NCBI RefSeq assembly: GCF_009914755.1
Contig: NC_060935.1
DNA length: 64,000 bases
Reading direction: 5' to 3' (one strand)
Origin: the human T2T-CHM13v2.0 reference genome, Homo sapiens
Notes under the pieces: generated by a model
Databases searched by the model: none
What the model was told of the DNA's origin: nothing
What the model saw: the letters and a program-made list of their open reading frames with translations, nothing else
Position numbers and translations under genes: made by a program
Part shown: positions 1-53,901 of the stretch, in pieces
Position numbering within the stretch: position 1 is the first letter of the stretch
How the letters are laid out: every line of letters begins with the position of its first letter

Positions 1-218
<218 letters not shown>

Positions 219-1130
219 ACCTCTCCCTTCGTGTCTGTTCTGTGGTAGCTGAGAGTGTGGCATGGAGTGGGCGTTTGGCCAGTAGTGAGTGGCCCTGCAC
301 CAGACTGGGGAAGGAGCAGGTATGGAGAGGAGGGGAGCCACTGAGACGTGCTCAGGAGGCCCTAGTAGGCTTTATTGGGCCAAGAATCCATAGAGGGGAG
401 CAGTGCCCCGAGAAAATTTATAATTTAGTCAAGAGGTTTCCATTTTTTCTGGTGAGCAAGGGGAAAAGGGGGCATGTACTGTAGCAGCCGGAGCCACGAC
501 CTGGGCCTTGCTCCGCCCCTCCTAGAAAGGCCCTGCTCCCTCAGCAGATCACAGGCAGGGGTGGGTGTGAGCCTGAAGTGACCTCAGGCCCTAGGAAGCT
601 GCTCTTCCTTCGTTTACAATGGAAGGCAAGTGAGTGTTGTCGCGATGTGAGTGCCCAGCTTAGGATTTGCCCTCCAAAGCCCAGTGTCTTTTCTGTAGAT
701 CAAAGAAACAAATCCTTTAAGTCCTCCTGTTCACCTGCTTTACTGGCAGATGAAGCCTAGTCATGGTTCACCAGGGGGAATACCAAACTCGCCCTGCAGA
801 TCGGTAGTAATTGTGCGGAGATGATAGGAAACAGGAGAGGCCTCTACCGCTGAAAAGCACGGGTCTGAAAGGGCAGGTGCCTGTCCTGGAAACCACCTTC
901 TCTTGGGGCATCCCCTGGCTGCCCTTCTGCCTGTTGCCACCAGGTGGGGCTCTCTCCCAGCTCACCGTTCTTCCTGCTTAGGACAGCGCCCCACGTGACG
1001 TTAGTGAGGCAATGCATGGGAAACTGCAGCCCAAACAGACTCCTCCCTGGGAGAAACCCCAGCCCTGCCCCTGCAGACCCTGCACCCTAGACGCCGTTCC
1101 AGGCCGGGTTCATGGGGATCCAAGAACTGA

Positions 1131-1537
<407 letters not shown>

Positions 1538-2006
1538 TGTGTACCCAGCCACCTCACTTTCTTTGGTATTAGTGTTTAGGATGTGGCTTGGAGATGCATT
1601 TCCTCACATGGAACTGCTGAATGGCCCTGCTGAATTGACAGCATCCACATGGGCAAACCCTACTGGGCAAACCCTACCCCTGGCCATGAGAGCTAAATTC
1701 CCTCTTAACTATATGGGATGACTCTAGAAAGATACCTGGGAGCTGGCTGAGGGAGGACTCTTTCTTAGTGTTCTAGGAATGTAGAGCAAGTGCCCTAATA
1801 TAACAAAATGTAACTAAATCACTAACTGAGACAGTGCCCCAAAAGCAGTAAGCAGAACACCTAACACTGTGGATGTTCAATAAATGTTAGTTACCTGACT
1901 TATAAAACTTACAGAAAAAATTACTTAGACACTCTGAGCCTCGGTGCCTCATCTGTAGGGTTGTGGTGTCGGTATAGGAGCCCATTTGGCTCAAAAGCCA
2001 GTTGAG

Positions 2007-2306
2007 GGCGGACACGGTGGCTCAAACCTGTAATCCCAGCACTTTGGGAGGCCGAGGTGGGTGGACCACTTGAGGTCAGGAGTTCGAGACCAGCCTGGCC
2101 AACATGGCAAAACCCTGTTTCTACTAAAAATACAAAATTAGCCAGGCATGGTGATGCACACCTGTAATCCCAGCTACTCGCGTGGCTGAGGCAGAGAATT
2201 GCTTGAACCTGGGAAGCAGAGGTTGCATTGAGCCAAGATCCCGCCACTGCACTCCAGCCTGGGTAACAGAGCAAGACTCCATCTCAAAAAAAAAAAAAAA
2301 AAAAAA
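2007..2306 (+). mobile_element. AluS with target-site duplication
   Basis: Dimeric Alu, poly(A) tail, flanked by AAAAGCCAG(T/G)TGAG. Confidence 0.92.
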
Positions 2307-3604
2307 AGCCAGGTGAGTGTCAGCCTTTATAATATGATGGCCTAAGGGCCTCTGTCAGGGCAAAAACACATTTGGGACAGGGTAGAGCTTCTGAGTTTGA
2401 GTCTTGACTCCACCACTCCACTGACTGTGTGATCTTGGGCATGTTACCACGCCTTTGCTTCCTCATCTACAAGGTACGTGTTAAAGCTCGTGCCTCCCAA
2501 GGTAGTGAGGAGATGGAACAGGATCATGCACATCAGACTGCTGCGTGGGGTGTGCCTGATTGACTTACTGCACACAGAGCACTGCTCATTGCTCACCGAC
2601 TACTATTGCTTTTATTATTATAATTCCCTAGTGCCATTTCAGTTGTGGACTCCTAAAATTGATAGAATCTAGATGTCTTTTTAGTGAGTCCTTCAAATTC
2701 TGGTTCCCTTGGCCACGTTTCAGACTCACTTTGCTGGTTCTGTGCTGATATTTCTATTTTGAAGAGCCCCATATGTCTGGATGTGGGTGTGAAACTTTGG
2801 AATCCTTTGGTATGAAAGGCGCTTTGGGAACAGCAGAACCAGACTGCGCTCTTAAATGGAGAACTTCTGAATGGATTAGGAAAAACCACGAGATTGTGCA
2901 CCTGTAGGCAGGTGTGCACGCACCACCTCAACTTGTGTCCTCTCTTCCCTGGTTTCCTAGCACTGTTATTTATTTATTTTTCTTAATCTTGCTTTTTGTT
3001 CCCCACATTTTAGAGGATTCAGTTTATCGCTAGAACCAGAAAGAATTTCTCCTGATACGAATTATTCCAGTTGTTGAATTTTCCCAAGGCTTGAGCACAC
3101 AATGGCAACATAATTTGGTTCTCCAAGCTGATAACAATGAGCCCTGACAGTGCGTCAGGGCAGCCACAGATGCAGACTTCCAGCCAGGACTGCCTGCTGC
3201 TAAGTCGCTATTTCCACAGCACTATAAATAATGGCATTAGAGCCTAGTCCTTCATGAAATGATAGCCTACACATTACCCACTCTTGCCCCCTTCTCTCTG
3301 ACACGGGCCTACACTCTTACCCTTCAGCAGCTGACATTGTCCATGAGCACAGTGGTGCAGACTTCTGGGACCTCTAGTGATACCTCATCCATATCCCATG
3401 CCAAACACTTGGTCAGACACAGCTGGAGTCCTGCTGGTGTTCCAACATCTTTTGGGGGAAAAAGCCCTTTAGTGTTTATAGAAGCAGGAACAGAAATGTG
3501 ATGAAATTGGGAATTTGTCCCCAGGAGGATTGTCTGGGACATCTGGAAGAGCCAGTAAATAGCCAGCAGGTGTCCTCTAAGCCCAATCCAAGTTAAAGAT
3601 ATTA

Positions 3605-3730
3605 TCAGGAGATGGATATGCTAATTACCTTGATTTAATCATTTCACAGTGTATCCATACATCAAAACATGTTGTATACTGTAAATATATACAATTTTTA
3701 TTTGTCAATTATAGCTTAATAAAGCTGGGA
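3605..3730 (+). mobile_element. Old L1M 3'-end fragment
   Basis: gatggatatgctaattaccttgattt...tatacaatttttatttgtcaatta...aataaagctgg resembles L1MA/MB 3' ends. Confidence 0.65.
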
Positions 3731-3814
3731 GGAATAAAGATCTTAATAAATGTTGCAGCTTTGACATGGAAGCAATGCTGTAGCTGTCATAGGGCTTAAC
3801 AACAAGGCGTGCTA

Positions 3815-4294
<480 letters not shown>

Positions 4295-4446
4295 TCATAT
4301 AGAGAAGGTGTAAATGAGCTAGCTCTGCAATCTGGAAGCAACCTGTTCTGTGGCTGTGAGCCATTACACAAGCCAAACCATCTGAAGATCTGGGGTCCCA
4401 GAGTCTGGCTCAGGCATGCTGAGTTAGTCCTGCAAATGGCCTGGAG

Positions 4447-4667
4447 CAGGGGTTCTCAACTGGGGATGATTTTGCCTCCCAGACATATGGCAATGATTGG
4501 AGACATTTTTGTTTGTCACAAATGAGGGAGTGGAGAGTTGCCACTACCAGCACCTAGTGAGTAGAGGCCAGGGATGCTGCCAGACATCCCACAGTACACA
4601 GGACAGGCCCCCACAATAAGAATGAGCCAGCCCCAAATGTCAATCGTGCCAAGGTGGAGGAACCCTG
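4447..4667 (+). mobile_element. MER20-like hAT DNA transposon
   Basis: Termini CAGGGGTTCTCAAC...GGAACCCTG; internal gtagaggccagggatgctg and ccccaaatgtcaat. Confidence 0.8.
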
Positions 4668-5594
4668 GTTTAGAGTGTGACATAGGGAGCCTGCTGTGGT
4701 GATCCTTGTTCCATAGTTTACTAGGTGACCCTGAACTTACTAGCCTGATGCTTCTCAGTATTATATGATTGACTCAGAGAAAGGACTTTGAGTCATTGGG
4801 AGGAAGTGGGATATCATTTATATTTTTCTGCCTCCTATGGTTCCCTACAAGAAACAAAAAGATTCACTAAAGCCAGTACCTTCCCTGCATCTAAGACCTA
4901 CAACCCACACGTCACTGCTGGTGACTTTGAGTTGCTGTCTGCACAGCAAGAAGCAATATTAACAAATACGAAAATCTGGTTATGTGTCTATATTTGCAAA
5001 GGAAATTTTTAATATTTATGAGAAATGCTAATAAGAGTTGGGGACAAATGGAGAATTAATTTACACCTAAATGGCTTAACATTGGGTGTCTTTCTGCTTA
5101 GTATATCCTGTTAGAGGGTTTTCTGGATGTTCCCACCAAGCAAAAAGCATTTGGCTACCATGGATGTCTTTAGTCTCAAAATCAAAGACCTGAACCTAGC
5201 ATACTCCTTTCTCTGGCAAGCAAAGGAGGCCTCCCCTCTATGTCCTTCCTGGGCAAGTGTATTCACTGGATCCAGGGTCAAAGACTTCATGGATGCAATA
5301 GCAAAGCCATCTAAATTTTGAGCTTCTCTTGCCTAGTGACACCTCGTGGAGTCAGAATTTCTGGGTTCTGAATCTCCGTGTTATTGACTTGATGACAAAG
5401 ATAACTGATCCCTCCAAAACCTGGTTTTCACAGAAATGTACCCGCCTCCCCGGCCCACATAAGAAAAAAGCCCTGAAGATTTTATGAGGTTTGAGATTAA
5501 ATGAAAGTATTTTAAGCTTCATAGGGACCTAGTAAAACAAATTAAAGTGGTAGTTATTTGGATCAGTGATAACTAATTCTTATAATTTTTGCAG

Positions 5595-21373
<15,779 letters not shown>

Positions 21374-21993
21374 GGCCCTGTCTCCCAGCCACTTTCCCTC
21401 CTGGCACTGCCACCAGCCTCACCGCCTGCGGGCAGGGGGAGGCCAGCAGGCCCGGGCCCAGCACCCCTTCCCTGGCACCAGGGTCTGCCTCTCACTCGCC
21501 CAGGTCCCGAAGGACACTGCCACAGGGACGCCTTCCCTCCCCTCCCCTCCAGCCCACCCCTGCACAGCCCCTCCTCCTTCCCGCTTTTCCCCTTCTCCCT
21601 CCTGCTCCAGGCCCAAGGCGTGTTGGTTTTGCCTTCTGGTGCCCATAGTCCCCTGGACTGAGTCCCCCAGGCCTTCCTTCACCCGACTTCCAAACTCTTC
21701 CTTGTGGTATCAGTTTCCTTCTCGGAAATGAGAAAGCTGGAATCCTGGTCCCCAGCAGGAGAGCCTAGTCCTCCCCCAGCCCCTCCAGCCACCAGGGTGT
21801 CCTCTAGGATGCAGCTGCCAGATCCACTCACTCTGCTGCCTCCAGCAGGACCCAAGGCCACTTTCAACTCTTATGGGGTTCTCCACCTGCCCCAGAGCTT
21901 CTCAAGGGAGGGTAAGGGGGCACCCTGAGCCCACAGGACCCCTACTTCACAGCTCACAGGGGCAGGAGGCAGCTCCCCTGCCTCCAGGACCCT

Positions 21994-22007
21994 GTTGCTA
22001 TGGTGAC
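21994..22007. promoter_or_regulatory. RFX X-box in PACS1 3'UTR
   Basis: GTTGCTATGGTGAC. Confidence 0.55.
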
Positions 22008-22812
22008 ACAGCGTTTCTAGGACAGAGGGGCCTCCCAGTCTCCCCCCACCACCCGTGCACGACTTCCTCACCACCCCCAGGTTCCCTGCAGATGTCGTGT
22101 GTGTCCTGAGTGTTTCTTTGGTTCTTTGCACGCCAAGTCTCTTGGTTGTACCATGTGACACACCCTGTGCACTGGTCGCTGTCTTCGTGGCTTCCACCCT
22201 TGTTAATGATGCTCCTGCCTCTGCCTCCCAGCCCCTCACCCAGCACAGCTCTGCCTGGACTTGGAGAGATGGGAGGCAGACCCCCACCACCATACATGCT
22301 GTCTGTGGCCCCTCAGACATTCTGTTTCATCTCCCATTCATCTCCCTCCTCCCACCGTGTCAGTTTTTCTGCCTTTCCCTGCTCTGTTCTTCCCCCTCCT
22401 TAGGCCCCAGCCTGGGCCCAGACCCATCCTCCCAGCCAGGTTTCCCTCCAGCAGGCTCCTTCCCTCCCTGTCACCTCCCTCTCACCAACCCGGGGTCTGA
22501 GCCCCTCATTCCTGACCGTCCGTGTTCTCAGGAGTGGTTGAGGACACAGGGCCCCAGCCCAGCCCTCTGCACCCCCCAGCCCGGCCATCTGCGCCCCACA
22601 GCCCCTTTGGAGCTTTTCTCTTGTCCTCTCACTCCTTCCCAGAAGTTTTTGCACAGAACTTCATTTTGAAAGTGTTTTTCTCATTCTCCATACCTCCCCC
22701 AAGCTCTCCTCCAGCCCTTCCCAGGGCTCAGCCCTGCTGTCCTGAGCGTCTCCTGGGCCAGAGAGAGGAGATGGGGGTGGGAGGGACTGAGTTGATGTTG
22801 GGTTTTTCATTC

Positions 22813-22818
22813 AATAAA
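22813..22818 (+). terminator. PACS1: PACS1 poly(A) signal AATAAA (3'UTR ~1.46 kb)
   Basis: Canonical hexamer downstream of the stop codon, in a T-rich context (ggtttttcattcAATAAAttgg). Confidence 0.85.
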
Positions 22819-23391
22819 TTGGTGATTTCTTACCGACTGCCTTGGGCTTCTATGCCCCCTCACTGTGCCACAGGAGCTGCCCAACCCCTTTTCCACAGTG
22901 CAGCCCAACTCCAGTGAAAATCCACCAGGAACGTAGGTGGAAAGAAGCGTACTCCCATGTTCTCAATCATGGAAACAGGCATGAAGGTGTCTCACCTGGC
23001 ATGAGGCAGGCAGAGGTCGGAAACAGGAAAGATGTCATTTCCACACCAAAAGCCCGTTTTTCCCCAGGACCCACCATCCCCAAATCCACCTCCCAAGGCA
23101 GTGACGTGTTGAGTGTGGCTTCCCCATCTTCTGATCAAAGGTCAGAACTTAGCTTCTCTCCCCTGCTCCAGGTTGGTGAAGTCCGAGCCAGTGGGGTCTT
23201 TGCCTCTGCAGGTGGAGGGAATAGGGCTGAGGGACATCTGTGGAGTTCCTTTTCCTGCCCGCCCTTGACTTAGAGATGGAAAGCAGTGGTAGCCACTGTC
23301 CCCTGGGTGCCCGGTTTTTCCACTAGCTTCCAAGACAGGCCTGCACACACGAAGAAGTGTGTGCCTTCCCCATGAAGAAGTGCCCAGAGGT

Positions 23392-23980
<589 letters not shown>

Positions 23981-24479
23981 GAGAAGTGTCCAGAGGTGAA
24001 GGCTTGCAGGAGAGGCAGCGCTTGGCATCCTTGCCCTACAGGTATAGCCCCAGAGGAGTGGATGGCCATCCAGAGCTTGCTGTCACTGGCCTCAGTCTTG
24101 GGTTCCCCAAGCCCTGTGCCCAGACGACCTCACATAGAGAGGCTTGGGGACCCAGCTGTGTGGCCCTGCGCAAACTCTCTGAGCCTAGAAAATGAAAATC
24201 ATACCTGCCTTCTAAATGAGGTGATAGCGGGGCTGGTGAGAGGAAAGGCCAGGAGAAGCAAATCATACCTAGTGTGACCTGGATCTAGGGTGTGAGTGTG
24301 GCTGCAGAGCAGGGTGAAGTGCCCACGAGGACTTCCCGGAGCACAGCCAGGCGAGGGCTGCAGGGCAGGAGCTGTGCAGAGCTGGGGGCCAGGGAGTTCC
24401 AGTGGAGGGGGTGGGACAAGTAGACTTGGATCCCAGCTTCTGGCCCCCTTAGGTTCTGGCTTAGAGCTAGGAGAGAGGG

Positions 24480-25896
24480 TGAAGGGTGAACTCTCAGCCC
24501 GTCTGCATCTGACACCATATCCTCAGCCTCCCCTTCTGTGGCAATAAATGCCCCACCCTGCTCCCATCCTCGGGGCCCATCCCTCTTCACTCCTTGAGGG
24601 CTTTTCTCCTACAGTCGCCCTCTCTCCTGCACTGCGGGTTCTCCCCTCTGCCAGGACTTTCCACCCACTTACATGCATCCCAAGTGGGTATAGCTCAATA
24701 TCAAAGACCAGAGACTTCCAGATTCTCTTCAGCTGCCATGCCTTGTCTCTGCTCCCCTTAGAGCAAAACTCTTCCAAAGAGCTGTGTGTGTTCCCCGTCT
24801 CCACTTCTGCCCACTCCCTTCCAGTTTTTTCCTCACAATCCCACCAAAAGTTTCCTTTCCACAGTTGCCAGTGACCTGGGTTGCCCAGTCCTATCAGTAG
24901 CATTGGATGCAAATAATCACCCGCTTGAGTCTTTCCACCTGGCCTGTGGACAGCTCTGTGCTCTCCTCTCACCTCCCTGGCCTCTCCTTTTTGGCCTCCC
25001 TTGCTATGGTGTCCTCAGCTTCCCAGCCTCAAAACCCTGGAGGACTCGGGGCTCCAGCCTCTAATATAGCCTCCTCTCTCCCCACACTCAGCCCTAAAGG
25101 GAGCTCACTCGGCCCCATGGTGTGAAATGTGCTCCCCTGGGGAGACTTCCCTCCTAGTAAATGCAAACTCGGTTCTTCAGTTCCGAGGCCGAAAACTGGG
25201 GAATCCTCCTCGATTCCTGTTTCTCTTGTACCCACCATCTAATCCATGAGCAAATCCTCCAGGCTTATCCTGACAGTGCCTTGCCCCTTCCTCTACTGCG
25301 ATTATCTCTTGTCTGGATATTGCAATAGGCTCCTAATTATCCCTGCTCCCACCCTCTTCTCCCTGTAGCCTGTTCTCCACTCAATAGCCAGAGATTTTTC
25401 AGAGCTGAGCAGATCGTGTTGGATTGCTGATCCAAACTGTGCAGAGTGTCCCACCTACCTAGGTGTGTAAGCTGAAGCCTTACCTGTGAGGGGCCCACAT
25501 GGTCTGATCTCCCAGGAGCTGCTGGATCTTAATTCCTCTTACGCTTCCCCTCCTCACTGGCCTCTCAACATTCCTCAAACACCACTCAGCCTCAGGGCCT
25601 TTGCACGGACCTTTGGTCCTGTCCATCCTGCTGCTGCCCTCAGGCCCGTGTGGCTTGCTCCATCATTCAGGTCTTGGCTGAAATGTCACCTCAGGAGGCC
25701 TTCCCTTCTCCAACCCCTCTTTTTTTTTTTTCTTACTCATATTTCCCACTCCTTGGCATTAATTATTCATTTGTCTCTCCCACAAGAATGCAAGCTCCAA
25801 GAAAAGAGGAAATGTTTTTCCCTGTTGTATCCTTGGCACCCAAAATACTGCTTGGCCCATCACAGGTGCACAATAAATACTCGTTTGCAGAATGAA
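24480..25896 (+). mobile_element. Diverged L2 LINE 3' portion
   Basis: C/T-rich L2 body (cctcagggcctttgcac, aaatgtcacct) ending caggtgcacaataaatactcgtttgcagaatgaa. Confidence 0.7.
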
Positions 25897-26244
25897 GTTC
25901 CCTCTTGCTGCTGGAATTGGGTTCCGAATCCAGATGTGCTACTCAAGACATTTTAACTGATGCCTTAGCCCAAAAGACACCTGGGTTTTCTCATAGGCTC
26001 AGAAGTAAGAAGATAGACTCCTACCCCGGGCAAAGAAGAGGAAATCAGCTGTGTAGGGACAGTTTGGAGCACAAGGCAACTCAGGTGGAAGGTGCTGACT
26101 CAGACCCTGAAGCAGCTGTGCCCAGTCACCAGGAGTTAAGGCTGGACCAGAGCAGAGCTGCCCAAGGTCCGCCAGAGACTAAAGGCTTTTTGATGCAGAA
26201 AGTGGAAGAGCCTCTATCTAACCTGCACGCCAACTCCAGACTGG

Positions 26245-27520
<1,276 letters not shown>

Positions 27521-29222
27521 TCAGACTAATCTTTAAACTGCTTCTTTCGCCACCCCTTTCACCTGCCGTGTCCAAGGACTGACAGCATTAATAGCTGTCA
27601 CCGTCACCTACAGGGCATTGCCTTTGAGCCAGGCTGCTGCTGAGTGCCTTATATGGTTTATTTCATCGAGTCCTTAAAGCAGCCCTCCCTGTGAAATCAA
27701 TTCTGCTGATGCTTCCTTTTGCAAAGGAGGAAACCAAAGGTCAGAGCCTCCCCTCCCAACTCTAGAGCCTCCCATCTAACCACTTATGTTGCGACCTGAA
27801 CACTCACAGTCATCCCAGACTTCACATGGCCAAAGCAAGACTCCTGATTTCCCTTGATCTTCCCCAGTCGGCAATGGCACCAGCCTCCATCCTGTTACTC
27901 CAGCCAGAAACCCGGACTCATCCTGCGCCGCCCCTCCCAATCCATCAGCAACTCTTGTCCATGCTGCCTCCCAAACGCTGTTTCCAACTATAAGCCAGGG
28001 TACCTTCCTCGCATAGAGTATCCTTTGTCGTCCTATCCTCCCAGTGCCCTCTGAATAGAGGCCAACCACCGTCCACCAGGCCCGTGGTCTGGCTCACTAC
28101 CTTCACTTCTAGTTGCTTTCCCCCTGCCATGCTCACCACCCTCGAGCCACACCTGACCTTTCAGTGCTCACATCCCTCTTCCAACCCCAGAGTAAGCTCC
28201 TTTTCCTTTAAGATGTGGCCTTTGTATCACCTCCTCCAAGAGCCTTCCCCAACCACCCCACCCAAAGCCTGGTTGTTAGCCTCTGTCTCTTCAGTCATAG
28301 AGTTCACTATTACCTGCAGCAAATGTCTCTGTACCACATTCGAATGAGAGCTCCAGGAGGACAAAGACCCGAGCCGCCGGACTCATTGTTGCAGTATCCA
28401 GCACCCTGGCATGCGGCGGACCCTCGATAAAGGTTGGTTCAGTGCGTGAGTGAGGGTTAAGTCACTCGTCCAATGCACACATATCGGCTGAGAAGAGGTC
28501 AGGTTTCTAAACCCCATCATCTGACTCAGGCCATATCTCAGGGCCCTACTCAGATCCCATCTTCCCAACCATCCATACATCTGGCTTTTATTAACTTCCT
28601 ACTAGTTCGTGTCCTAGGTACAGCATGAACCTAGGTTGGGTCCCAACCTATACAGGAACGCTAAGGCCAGTAGGGGAGACAAGCAGACCATCGCCACACA
28701 GCATGACAGGTTGCACTGGTGCACACAGGAGGGATGTCCACCCTGCAGGAAGAGGTGTCCAAGAAGATGTCCCAAAGGGAATGACACCTGAGTGGCATAC
28801 TGAAGACATCTGACAAGGATGGATGTTCTGGGCATAGGAAGTAGCATGAGATAAGGGAGATAAGAGAGATAAGGGAGAATGTGGCTGATGCCAAGAACCA
28901 CACAGGGCTCAGTGCAGCTGGAGACCATGGGGATGGTGAGTGCCAGTGGGAGCGGAGGAAGAGTCTAGGCCCTGAGGAACCTCGTAGCTGTTACTGTTAC
29001 CACTGTGAGCCAGAGCAAGGACTGCACACTCTGTCCTGAGAGACAGGGGAGCTGGCGAAGGGACCTAGGCAGAGAAGTGAGACGACATATTTCAGAAAGA
29101 TCTCCTTAATACAACACACCGGGAGAAACAAGACCTGCTCTGCAGACCAGCAGATGAGCTTGAAGGGTGCAGCAGCCATTTAGAAAAGATGTGATGAGGA
29201 CATTGTAAAGGTGGAAGGGTTA

Positions 29223-34355
<5,133 letters not shown>

Positions 34356-34899
34356 ACCATTGGCAGAGCACAGGTTTGAGAAGAACCTGGTTGGATGTAA
34401 CTGAGATGTGTAAAATAGAGGGTCTTCACTTGTGTCAAAGGCAGCCTGATTTACAGCTTTTTTTTTGTGGACAGGTGGCATCCTTATTATGGGGGGACGT
34501 CCCTCTGATCTTTGCAGTTCATTCCTTGTCTCTGGTCACTGGGCCCTGGGCTGATCACCACCTTCTGAGCAGGACCCAGACGGACAAGCTAGACTACACC
34601 CAGAAAGGAGAAATTGGGATGGGGAAGGGTCAGGAAACTGCGGTAGGACTGAGTGAAGGGACCAGGGGCAGCCCAGGGAAGAGATGAGACCACGCGGGGC
34701 ACCATCGCTGTCTCCAAATACCTTAACTGACACAAGGGAGCAGCCTTCTTTCTGAAGACAGAGCTAGGGCTGTGGATGAGCACTGCAGGAAGGCACTTCG
34801 GGGTCTATCAGAGGAAATTTTTGCTAACCTTCCGAGTTGTCTCAGAGCCAAACGTAGTAAGCTACCTGTCACCGGATGTGCTTGAGCTAAGGGCGCTGA

Positions 34900-44629
<9,730 letters not shown>

Positions 44630-45510
44630 TGCTGAAGGGGCAGCCAGTCACCAGAGCGCCCACCTGGCACACCCCCCTCACCCCAGCCCTGCGCATGGGC
44701 CTGCTGCTTGTCCCGCCTGTCTCTCCCACAGCCCCTGTCTTTTCTGTTCAATCTCAGGGTAACCTTCTCCCTTGTCATCTCAGCCTGAGCCCTGGAGGCT
44801 GGGCCTGCCCACTCCAGCTCCATCCCTTATTTATTCCTTCCAGCAGGGCCCTCTTCCCTAGGTTCGGGCCAGCAGGAGGTGCCGGCTGGAGTCTCCACCA
44901 TAGACTCAGTGGCCTGGCCTCCCCAGACCCCAGAGCCAAGAACACTAAGCACTCGCCGGCCCTTCGGCACCCTCGCCCTCCCTCCCGACTCAACCCGGCC
45001 GTTGCTTCTGTATATAGAGAAATAAGTTATTGGCCGCGCGCCTCCCTTCAGTCCACGGTACTACCCGGGCCTCCCCTCGTCCCTCTTCTAGTGGTACCGC
45101 CCAGGCCTTAATCACCCCCATTCCGTGCGGTGGTATCTCCCAGGCTCTACATTCTCGGGAGCGGCGCCTCCCAAGGGGGTCCTGGGACCTTCTCGCGCTC
45201 CTCCTGGCCTCTGAGGGATGCGTCCTACCCGCGCCATCGCCCCGTGGCCCAGGACGGGGACCTCCCCTTAGTCCGTCCTCCCACCGCCGGGCCCTGCCCC
45301 GCATCCCGGCCTTATGCACTGCCCCTCCCACCCGGCCCCGCCCAGGCACGGCCGACCCCGCCCCGGGCACCGCCCACCGAGCCATCCTGCCTCGCCTCCC
45401 CCCACGCCTGCAGCTTCTCGCGAGGGGCGGCGACGGTCCCCTGGTGGCAGGAGGGGCTCCCCCTGTTGCGGGTGAGGCGGCTGCTCTCTATTTTCAGATG
45501 TTGCTGTAGA

Positions 45511-45516
45511 AATAAA
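45511..45516 (+). terminator. KLC2: KLC2 poly(A) signal AATAAA
   Basis: Canonical hexamer ~880 nt after the stop, followed by GT/T-rich sequence. Confidence 0.85.
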
Positions 45517-46352
45517 GACGGTTTAAATCTGAGCTGGGCTTGTTTTGAGACGGAGGTCGGGGGCCCCCAGCGTCTCTAGACTGGGGTGGAGCCGGGAAGG
45601 GTCGTGCGTGAGTGGGGGACAGTGTGTCTCGCTCAACCGCTGTCCGCGCAGCTGGGCCCAGATATTGTGCCCCACCCCGGAATTGCGTGAGGGGCCCACA
45701 AGTCAGGCTTTCCCTAAAACACTCACTTGTGGGGTTCTGGAGACCGCGGGCTCTTATGAGCTCTGCTCCTCACAAAGTTTTTGACCTTGAGTGAGTTTCC
45801 CGAGACTCCGTTTTTTCATCTATGAAATGCGGGTGATGACGCGCGGCTGCGAGTTAGGACTGCCCAGTACACGAAGAACCCTGGACAAATGTACTTTTAT
45901 TAGTCTTAACTAGAACCCACATTCTCATTTAATGTTCACAACGTGGGTATTGGGAGGGCAAGGATGACTACCTCCGTCAGACAGATGTGAAACGTGCCAA
46001 GCCCAGCCCTAAATTGAGCTTTCTAAACACCGAGTCGCGGTCAGGCTTTCCAGCACTGTCCTCAAGCCTGAGTGCGTCCGGAGTGCAAACTACAAGCCCC
46101 AGAAGGCAATGCGCCAGCAGTGATGGGAGTGGGCGCGGAGGCGCGGGCTCCCCGACTACGCCTGCGCAGCGGGGCTGAGTTGGAGAACGTCTTAGACTAC
46201 AAGTTCCGGGAATCAGCGCGGCGAGGCCTGAGAAGAAGACGTTTGCGCCTGCGCGTCGCGGGCGGGGCCTCTGGGGCGGAGCGGCCACCATCTTGGAACG
46301 GGAGGCGGAGCAGAGTCGACTGGGAGCGACCGAGCGGGCCGCCGCCGCCGCC

Positions 46353-53901
<7,549 letters not shown>

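Noticed and set aside
22055-22669. 204-aa ORF in the PACS1 3'UTR
   Set aside because: GTG start, low-complexity Pro/Ser/Leu composition expected from C/T-rich UTR, no recognisable domain.
28848-28877. Triple GAGATAAG repeat (GATA sites)
   Set aside because: Short slippage repeat inside L2-like sequence; no other support.
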